A stretch of 64,000 nucleotides of DNA, taken from NCBI GenBank assembly GCA_965219455.1, contig OZ244744.1:5120001-5184000 (forward strand), read 5' to 3'. Origin of the DNA: Candidatus Latescibacterota bacterium. Its GTDB lineage: Bacteria > Latescibacterota > UBA2968 > GCA-2709665. Below are positions 41,766 through 49,286 of this stretch, one piece after another. Position numbers and translations under genes: made by a program. Position 1 is the stretch's first letter, and each line of letters starts with the position of its first letter. The notes beneath the pieces are model-generated. The model saw only the letters and a list, made by a program, of their open reading frames with translations, did not search any database and was not told the DNA's origin.

Positions 41766-42469
41766 CCCGGCTTCTTGTGCATGTTGAAGGACAAACCGAA
41801 GAGCAATTCGTCAACGAATTGCTGGCGCCACACTTATATTTTTTCGGGTTTACCAAGATCAGCGCACGTTTGGTCGGAAACGCTCGGCAACGGGACCGGC
41901 GTGGCGGAGGCAGGGCTTGGCGCAGCGTGCGTAAAGACATTGCAAATCACTTGAAAGAAGATCCCCGGTGTCTTGCCACTACAATGGTGGACTACTACGC
42001 GATGCCCAAAACTGGTTCAAGAGCATGGCCCGGACGCCTGCAAGCTACCGGGCAGGGGTCTTCGTCGGACAAAGCAAAGATTGTGGAAGACGCGCTCTTG
42101 GAAGACATCGCCAATGGTATGGGCGCGGATTTCGATCCGAGGCGATTTATCCCGTATGTGGCAATGCACGAATTCGAAGCGTTGCTGTTTAGTGATTGTG
42201 AGCGATTCGCTCAGGGAATAGGGTATCCTGAACTAGCGCCGAGATTTGAGGAAATTCGAGACCAATTTGCCACTCCAGAAGAAATCGACGACTCGCCCGA
42301 CACCGCACCCTCCAAGCGCGTAGAGGCGCTCGTTCGTGGATATCAAAAGCCGTTGATGGGTAGCTTAGCCGCACGTGAAATCGGCCTCAAAGCGATTTGC
42401 TCCGCTTGCCCACACTTTCGACACTGGCTGAAACTCCTGGAACGTCTCCCTGACCGAATGGGTGAATAG
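41762..42469 (+). CDS. DUF4276 family (TOPRIM-like) protein
   Basis: VEGQTEEQF, MVDYY, HEFEALLFSD, PEEIDD, TAPSKR, CPHF..W; ATGA overlap with the ATPase. Confidence 0.85.
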   Translation: MTRLLVHVEGQTEEQFVNELLAPHLYFFGFTKISARLVGNARQRDRRGGGRAWRSVRKDIANHLKEDPRCLATTMVDYYAMPKTGSRAWPGRLQATGQGSSSDKAKIVEDALLEDIANGMGADFDPRRFIPYVAMHEFEALLFSDCERFAQGIGYPELAPRFEEIRDQFATPEEIDDSPDTAPSKRVEALVRGYQKPLMGSLAAREIGLKAICSACPHFRHWLKLLERLPDRMGE

Positions 42470-42534
42470 AGGAGCGACTGGAACTCGAAGACGCCTGCTT
42501 GTGCGTTCTGATCACCTGCGCTTTTAACTACGAT

Positions 42535-42651
42535 GTCCGTGCTCGTGTATGCGAATGGCTTGATGGACATGCAGTTTTGCGTTGACACCAATTGTTATAA
42601 TTAATGTCATTTCTACTTTTGCAGCATATCGAAGTTTCTCCGGGAACGCTG
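42535..42651 (+). repeat. Diverged 117-bp direct repeat, copy 2 (upstream of res; contains TGTTATAAT extended -10)
   Basis: Colinear with 40389-40505. Confidence 0.75.
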
Positions 42652-42732
42652 TAACAGCTCACGAGGGGTTCGGTTCCCGTACCTATACGAAAATACCGGT
42701 CAATGTGATTTTCGTGCAAGGAGTACATTGAT

Positions 42733-45700
42733 TTGAGCGATCAATTCTTCGAACAACCGATACTCAACTCGCCGTACGAGTGCCCGAGCAAGCACTGGGA
42801 ACTGGACGAGACAGGCCAGCCGACACAAAGAATCGTCGAAAGTCGCAGGCGCGCCGAGTTCATTTCGCCGATTCCGAAACCGAGAAAGCAAAAGGGTGCA
42901 CCTTTAGAACAATCGGCGATTGTTTTCGACGAGGCAGCCAGCAAGCTCGGAACGGAAGGACAAAAATACGACCTGACGGAAATCATCAACGGCGTTCGCA
43001 TTCAGGTCGACAGATGGCGAAAGTTGCCAAATCCGAAACAATGGCGGGTGTCGTCTGAAACGGCACGACTGCTCCAGCATTGGCGGCACCATTGGTTCAA
43101 TGACATTCGGCCCTTCTTCTGCCAGATCGAAGCTGTGGAGACGGTCATTTGGCTGACAGAGGTTGCACCTCAAGCCGGTGCTACCGGTAGGAGATTTCTC
43201 GACCATTTGGCCAGTGCCAACATCGAAGTGAATACTGGTTTGCAGCGGCTGGCGCTTAAATTGGCAACCGGGGCTGGCAAGACAACTGTCATGGCGATGT
43301 TGATCGCCTGGCAAACCGTTAACGCGGTTCGCCGTCCCCAAAGTAGCAGATTCACGACCGGTTTCCTTGTTGTTGCGCCCGGCATCACCATCAAGGACCG
43401 TCTTCGCGTTCTTCAACCCAACGATCCTGACAGTTATTATCAGCAACGCGAACTGGTTCCTAACGACATGCTGCCTGACCTGGAAAAAGCCAGGATCGTC
43501 ATCACGAACTACCACGCATTCAAGCTGCGTGAGCGCATGCAACTCTCCAAGGGCGGCCGCTCCTTGCTTCAGGGTCGGGGTGAGTCGTTATCTACTTTAG
43601 AAACTGAAGGACAGATGCTCCAACGAGTCATGCCCGAACTTATGGGAATCAAGAACATCATGGCCCTCAATGATGAGGCGCATCACTGCTATCGCGAAAA
43701 GCCAGGGGAAGGGGAGGAAGGCACACTCAAGGGAGATGAACGGAAGGAAGCGGAGAAGAACACGGAAGCCGCGCGGCTGTGGATTTCGGGTCTGGAGACG
43801 GCGGGCGAAAAGCTTGGTATCAGCCGGGTAATGGATCTTTCTGCAACGCCGTTCTTTTTGCGCGGTTCGGGCTATGCGGAAGGGACACTATTTCCATGGA
43901 CGATGTGCGACTTCTCATTGATGGATGCCATCGAATGTGGCATCGTCAAACTGCCCCGCGTGCCGGTCGCAGACAACATCCCCGGCGGGGATATGCCGAA
44001 GTTCCGCAATCTATGGGAACACATTCGTCCCACAATGCCGAAGAGGGGTCGGGGCAAGAACAAAAATCTCGATCCTTTGAGTCTTCCCGTTGAGCTCCAG
44101 ACGGCACTGGAGGCGCTTTATGGGCATTATAGCAAGACCTTCGATGTAATGAAGAAAGCAGGGATCACGGTTCCGCCGTGCTTCATTATTGTATGCAACA
44201 ACACGTCGACGTCCAAGTTGGTGTATGATTACATCTCTGGCTTCCATCGTGAAAACGATGACGGTTCGACCACGTTCGAGAACGGACGCCTGGAGTTGTT
44301 TCGCAACTTCGATGAGTACGGCAACCAATTTGCGCGGCCTCGTACCCTACTGATCGATAGCGAACAGTTGGAGTCCGGTGATGCACTTGACCGGAATTTC
44401 CGAAAGATGGCTGCCGATGAAATTGCACGTTTTCGACGTGAAATCATTGAACGTACAGGCGATCCGCAACAAGCCGAAAGGATCAGCGACCAGGAACTGC
44501 TCCGCGAGGTCATGAACACCGTTGGCAAACCAGGCAGACTGGGGGATTCGATTCGTTGTGTGGTTTCGGTATCTATGCTCACCGAGGGTTGGGATGCAAA
44601 CAATGTCAGCCACGTATTGGGCGTTAGGGCGTTCGGAACCCAATTGCTTTGTGAGCAGGTTGTCGGTCGTGCGTTGCGCCGGCAATCCTACGAACTCAAC
44701 GACAAAAGTCTGTTTGATGTCGAGTACGCTGATGTTTTGGGGATACCCTTCGACTTTACTGCTAAGCCTGTCGTCGTCGCGCCGCCGCCGCCTCGAGAAA
44801 CCGTCCACGTTAGGGCCGTGCGACCCGAAAGGGACGCGCTCGAAATTCGTTTCCCGCGGGTCGCAGGATATCGCGTAGAACTACCGGACGAGAGGCTTAC
44901 TGTCGAGTTCACCGAAGACTCCGTTCTGGAATTGACACCGGATCTGATTGGTCCGTCGGTTACCGTCAATCAGGGGATAATCGGCGAAGGCGTGGACCTC
45001 GACCTCGTACATACAAATGACGTTCGCCACTCGACGCTACTGTTTCACATCACTCAGAGATTGTTGTATACCAAATGGCGGGACCCGGGCGAGAAACCCA
45101 AACTTCATTTATTCGGACAACTCAAGAGCATCACCAGAAGATGGCTTGAAAACTGCCTTGTCTGTAAGGGAGGCGCCTACCCTGCGCAATTGATGTACCA
45201 GGAACTTGCGGATATGGCCTGTGTACGCATCACCGCCGCCATCACGCGGGCGGAAATTGGTGGTCGTCCGATAAAGGCCGTTCTCGATCCTTACAATCCG
45301 GCAGGCTCAACGGCACAGGTTAGTTTCAATACCACCAGGACCAGCCGTTACGAAACGGATTCGCGTCGTTGTCACGTCAATTGGGTGGTCCTGGACAGCG
45401 ATTGGGAGGCCGAGTTCTGCCGGGTCGCTGAATCCCATGCCCACGTAAAGGCGTATGTCAAGAACCACAATCTCGGGTTCGAGGTGCCCTACCGGTACGG
45501 TTCCGAAACGCGGACTTATATCCCTGACTTTATCGTCGTCGTAGACGATGATCGAGGGGAGGGCGATCTCCTGCACCTCATTGTGGAGATTAAGGGTTAC
45601 AGAGGGGAAGACGCAAAGGCGAAGAAAGAGACAATAGAAACGTACTGGGTACCGGGAGTGAACAACCATGAAAACTATGGGCGCTGGGCTTTCGCTGAGT

Positions 45701-45810
45701 TCACCGACGTATATGAGATGCAAGCCGACTTTGAGTCCAAAGTGGAAGCGGCGTTCTATGAAATGATCGAGCCGTTTCAGCCACGTTTGGAGACCGAAAC
45801 CAAAAAGTAG
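42733..45810 (+). CDS. res: Type III restriction enzyme Res subunit (helicase + PD-(D/E)XK nuclease)
   Basis: LATGAGKT, NDEAHH, LSATP, MLTEGWD, EQVVGRALR, YIPDF...VEIKG. Confidence 0.9.
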   Translation: MSDQFFEQPILNSPYECPSKHWELDETGQPTQRIVESRRRAEFISPIPKPRKQKGAPLEQSAIVFDEAASKLGTEGQKYDLTEIINGVRIQVDRWRKLPNPKQWRVSSETARLLQHWRHHWFNDIRPFFCQIEAVETVIWLTEVAPQAGATGRRFLDHLASANIEVNTGLQRLALKLATGAGKTTVMAMLIAWQTVNAVRRPQSSRFTTGFLVVAPGITIKDRLRVLQPNDPDSYYQQRELVPNDMLPDLEKARIVITNYHAFKLRERMQLSKGGRSLLQGRGESLSTLETEGQMLQRVMPELMGIKNIMALNDEAHHCYREKPGEGEEGTLKGDERKEAEKNTEAARLWISGLETAGEKLGISRVMDLSATPFFLRGSGYAEGTLFPWTMCDFSLMDAIECGIVKLPRVPVADNIPGGDMPKFRNLWEHIRPTMPKRGRGKNKNLDPLSLPVELQTALEALYGHYSKTFDVMKKAGITVPPCFIIVCNNTSTSKLVYDYISGFHRENDDGSTTFENGRLELFRNFDEYGNQFARPRTLLIDSEQLESGDALDRNFRKMAADEIARFRREIIERTGDPQQAERISDQELLREVMNTVGKPGRLGDSIRCVVSVSMLTEGWDANNVSHVLGVRAFGTQLLCEQVVGRALRRQSYELNDKSLFDVEYADVLGIPFDFTAKPVVVAPPPPRETVHVRAVRPERDALEIRFPRVAGYRVELPDERLTVEFTEDSVLELTPDLIGPSVTVNQGIIGEGVDLDLVHTNDVRHSTLLFHITQRLLYTKWRDPGEKPKLHLFGQLKSITRRWLENCLVCKGGAYPAQLMYQELADMACVRITAAITRAEIGGRPIKAVLDPYNPAGSTAQVSFNTTRTSRYETDSRRCHVNWVVLDSDWEAEFCRVAESHAHVKAYVKNHNLGFEVPYRYGSETRTYIPDFIVVVDDDRGEGDLLHLIVEIKGYRGEDAKAKKETIETYWVPGVNNHENYGRWAFAEFTDVYEMQADFESKVEAAFYEMIEPFQPRLETETKK

Positions 45811-45865
45811 ATAAGGAAATACGGATGTAATTTGGCTCTTTGAAACACTCGCAGGGGGAGCGCCA

Positions 45866-47617
45866 ATGCCGTGGACAAGCGAAAGCCTGTTGCAGCGCCT
45901 CAAACTAGGTGAGGACAGTCGCGTTGAGTTTAAGGAGGTCGTGTTTAGTGCCAACAAGGTCCGTGAGCCTCGCCGAAACACGGTTGCAGACGAGTTGGCA
46001 GCTTTCGCCAACACCAACGGCGGTACAGTAATTTTCAGCGTATCCGACGCTGGTGAGGTGCGGTCGATGAATCGACAACAGCTGGATACATTAGAAGCGT
46101 ACGTCGGTGAGATTTCCTCGGATAGCATCCGTCCTCCGTTGGCGTTCGTGACTCAACGGCTGGTTCTGGCGGACGGTTCTTATATACTGATCGTCGAAGT
46201 CGAACAGAGCGCGCTGGTTCACAAGAGTCCTGGGGGGTATTTTTCCAGAAAAGGCAGCGCTAAACGTGAACTGTCGTCGGAAGCGTTGAAACGTCTGTTC
46301 CAACAGCGTGGGCGTTCTGGCATACTTGGTCCTGACGAAGCGATCATTGCTGAAAGCGGACCAAACACGTTAGACGAGACGTTAGTTGATCGTTTTCTGA
46401 GCTCGCGCGCCACCGAGCCTGCAGTAGTCCAACTCGCAAAGCTGGGGTTGGTGCGGGAGGATGACAGCGGCGTGATCCGCGCAACTGTGGCCGGGGTGTT
46501 GCTTTGCACCGCACGTCCGGATGAGTACATACCAGGCGCCCTGGTGGAAGCAATTCGATATCGAGGCACGGTACTCGGCCGTGCGGGGCAGCACGATGCC
46601 GCGTCGATCACCGGTCCGTTGGACCGGCAAATTCGCGATACCGTAAACTTCGTAAGGCTCAACACGCGGGTGGCGGCGCGCAAGGATCCTGGGCGGGTTG
46701 AGATTCCCCAATTCAGCCAGAGAGCAGTATTCGAAGCCATTGTGAACGCGGTTGTACACCGCGACTACTCGATAGTGAACGGAAAAACAAGGCTTTTCAT
46801 CTTTGACGATCGCCTTGAGTTGTACTCACCAGGTGCCCTGCCAAACACTCTAACCATCCAGACCATGCGCAATCTACAAGCCACCCGAAATGAAACGCTC
46901 GCATCCATCCTCCGGCGGCTCGAAGTGGGCGATATCAAAGGCTCTGGTGATCGGCAGTACTTCCTGGAACTACGCGGCGAAGGGGTACCAATTATCTTTG
47001 AACAGACACGGGAACTTACAGGGCACGATCCGGATTACGAACTGATCGGGGGTGCGGAACTACGACTGACTATACCATCCGCCCCTGCGCCGGTAGCAGG
47101 GATCACAGGGGAAGTGTCGGTATTCGCGGGCGGCCAGCCGCTTACAGGTGCGCAGGTAGTTACGTTATATCCCAACAAGACCTGGATGGAGGGGAAAACC
47201 GATACGTTTGGCCGGGTCGCTTTTGGGTTCCACTCGGAACTCCCGATTACCGTATTTTGCGCTGCACCCGGATACAGCGCTCGCGTGGAGCGGGACTGGC
47301 GCCCGCCGGAGTCGCTGCAAGTGCAGCTTGAATCACTTTCGATGGGTGGCTCTGCCGTGTTCACGGAAGGAACTGGTCATTTGCCCAATCTAACCGGTCG
47401 ACTAAACCCTATACTGGACAATCTCGACCGCATGTACCTTTACGCGACAAACATCGCGATCGACGAAGGCATGCAGCAACCCGTTCATTTTAAGTTGAAT
47501 CAGTCCTTGCGTCTCACGGATGTTAATGGCTTTGAGTGGATCGTGCGGTTTGTTGAGATGATTGGTAAGTCGACTCTATTGGAATACGAACATCCCGAGT
47601 ACAAACCTGGATCGTAA
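45866..47617 (+). CDS. Schlafen/AlbA_2 domain + HATPase-like domain + extra beta-rich C-terminal domain
   Basis: GEDSRVEFKE, AFANTNGG, EAIVNAVVHRDY, SPGALP, RNETL; no C-terminal HTH. Confidence 0.85.
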   Translation: MPWTSESLLQRLKLGEDSRVEFKEVVFSANKVREPRRNTVADELAAFANTNGGTVIFSVSDAGEVRSMNRQQLDTLEAYVGEISSDSIRPPLAFVTQRLVLADGSYILIVEVEQSALVHKSPGGYFSRKGSAKRELSSEALKRLFQQRGRSGILGPDEAIIAESGPNTLDETLVDRFLSSRATEPAVVQLAKLGLVREDDSGVIRATVAGVLLCTARPDEYIPGALVEAIRYRGTVLGRAGQHDAASITGPLDRQIRDTVNFVRLNTRVAARKDPGRVEIPQFSQRAVFEAIVNAVVHRDYSIVNGKTRLFIFDDRLELYSPGALPNTLTIQTMRNLQATRNETLASILRRLEVGDIKGSGDRQYFLELRGEGVPIIFEQTRELTGHDPDYELIGGAELRLTIPSAPAPVAGITGEVSVFAGGQPLTGAQVVTLYPNKTWMEGKTDTFGRVAFGFHSELPITVFCAAPGYSARVERDWRPPESLQVQLESLSMGGSAVFTEGTGHLPNLTGRLNPILDNLDRMYLYATNIAIDEGMQQPVHFKLNQSLRLTDVNGFEWIVRFVEMIGKSTLLEYEHPEYKPGS

Positions 47618-47634
47618 CGAACTACGAGGAGAAG

Positions 47635-47790
47635 ATGAAGTTGAAAGTAATTGTCCATCAGGCGGAAGAAGGTGGTTATTGGGCAGAAGTACCCTCGATC
47701 CTTGGATGTGCGACGCAAGGTGAATCCTTTGAAGAGTTGCTGACCAACCTCTACGAGGCCGTTGAAGGTTGCCTGTCCGTTGACGTCTGA
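47635..47790 (+). CDS. HicB-family antitoxin, short (51 aa), no adjacent hicA
   Basis: Manual translation MKLKVIVHQAEEGGYWAEVPSILGCATQGESFEELLTNLYEAVEGCL; GAGGAG RBS; absent from the ORF track. Confidence 0.8.
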   Translation: MKLKVIVHQAEEGGYWAEVPSILGCATQGESFEELLTNLYEAVEGCLSVDV

Positions 47791-47835
47791 CCTGTAACCA
47801 AACGAATTTGTGATACGATGGAGAGACCGGAATCA

Positions 47836-48612
47836 ATGAGGAAACGAAGATCGAGCAAAACCATCGAAACCCTCCAGCACAAGGACGCATCGCGAAAGAA
47901 TATCCCCACAGCTGAGTATCAGGCGGTGATGGCGGAAGGCGACCGGAATCCCATTAGGGTCGCGTATGAGCGGCGCAACCGGGAACTTGATCCACAGCTT
48001 GTCTGGCGGGGTAAGGACGAGCAGAACTGGGCGGGTCTGGTGGTGCAAGCGCCGCCGTTGTTCATACAGGACAAGGTCCAACCAAAGGTGCTCATCGACG
48101 ACTTGCGCCAGCGGAGTAAGGAGTCGGATACTAAAAATGGCGATTCCGAATCCCAAGCCGACCTCTTCGCGGATTTCAACGGGCTACCCAGCGCGGACGC
48201 CCAGACGGAGTTTTATCAACACGACGCCAACTGGTCGAATCGGATGATACTGGGGGACAGCTTGCAGGTCATGGCGTCGCTGGCGGAGCGGGAGGGGTTG
48301 CGTGGTAAGGTACAATGCATTTACATCGACCCACCCTACGGCATCAAGTTCAACTCCAACTTCCAGTGGTCAACGACAAGCCGCAACGTCAAGGACGGAA
48401 AGGCAGAACACATTACACGCGAGCCAGAGCAGGTAAAGGCGTTTCGGTATACATGGAGCGAAGGGATTCACTCGTATCTGACGAATCTCCGAGATCAGCT
48501 GACGGTGGTGCATTCCAACGAACTTTCCTTCAAGAAACGCGTACCTGATGGAACTGGTAAACCCTGCCGAATGCCATCAACCCGGACCCAGAGCGAGATG
48601 AGAAATCCATGA
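47836..48612 (+). pseudogene. Truncated duplicate of the type III mod 5' end
   Basis: 47857-48510 is colinear and near-identical to 49317-49970, includes DPPY, then diverges; lacks TRD and motif I. Confidence 0.88.
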
Positions 48613-49082
48613 AAGAGAAAGTCTATCTCGAAACGACTGTTATCAGCTATCTGACTGCTTGGCGAAGTCCACAACTCTTGATGGCTGCACATCAGGAAGC
48701 AACGAGAGTCTGGTGGGACGAACAGAAAAATAGATTCGACATCTTCACGTCAGAGGCAGTCATTGAGGAAGCGTCAGGAGGTGATCGGGAGGCCGTGCAA
48801 CGGCGACTTTCGGTGCTGGAGGGGATTCCTGAACTCGATGTCACCGATAACGTCCGCGATTTAGCCAAATCTCTACTTGCCAATACTCCATTGCCCGAAA
48901 GAGCCCAAATTGACGCACTGCACATCTCCGTGGCTACGGTTCATGGGATGGATTATTTGCTGACATGGAACTGCCGCCATATTGCCAATGCAACTTTCCG
49001 CCACCGAATTGATTCGGTTTGCGAATCCGCCGGGTACCAAGCTCCCGTTTTTTGTACCCCCCTCGAATTGATGGAGGAATAA
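48609..49082 (+). CDS. PIN-domain (VapC-like) toxin
   Basis: VYLETTVISYL, EE...GD, DALHI, LLTWNCRHIAN, TP.EL. Confidence 0.9.
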   Translation: MKEKVYLETTVISYLTAWRSPQLLMAAHQEATRVWWDEQKNRFDIFTSEAVIEEASGGDREAVQRRLSVLEGIPELDVTDNVRDLAKSLLANTPLPERAQIDALHISVATVHGMDYLLTWNCRHIANATFRHRIDSVCESAGYQAPVFCTPLELMEE

Positions 49083-49086
49083 GATC

Positions 49087-49263
49087 ATGCAACCAGATCC
49101 AATCGTCGAGGAAGTTCGTCGAATACGCGATGCGTACGCCAGGAGCTTCAACTATGACTTGGATGCGATCTGCAGTGATTTACAAGAGAAGCAGAAGCGG
49201 GGCAAGAGGAGAGTGGTTTCTTTGCCCCCCAAACGCCCGAGAAAAGTGGACGACAGTGGTTAG
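49087..49263 (+). CDS. Small 58-aa partner of the PIN protein (putative antitoxin)
   Basis: Manual translation MQPDPIVEEVRRIRDAYARSFNYDLDAICSDLQEKQ...; GGAGG RBS; absent from the ORF track. Confidence 0.75.
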   Translation: MQPDPIVEEVRRIRDAYARSFNYDLDAICSDLQEKQKRGKRRVVSLPPKRPRKVDDSG

Positions 49264-49286
49264 AGTATCCCGGAGGCGATGATACG

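Noticed and set aside
42582-42601. TTGACA...TATAAT as a canonical -35/-10 pair before res
   Set aside because: Spacer is only 8 bp; at most an extended -10 (TGTTATAAT)
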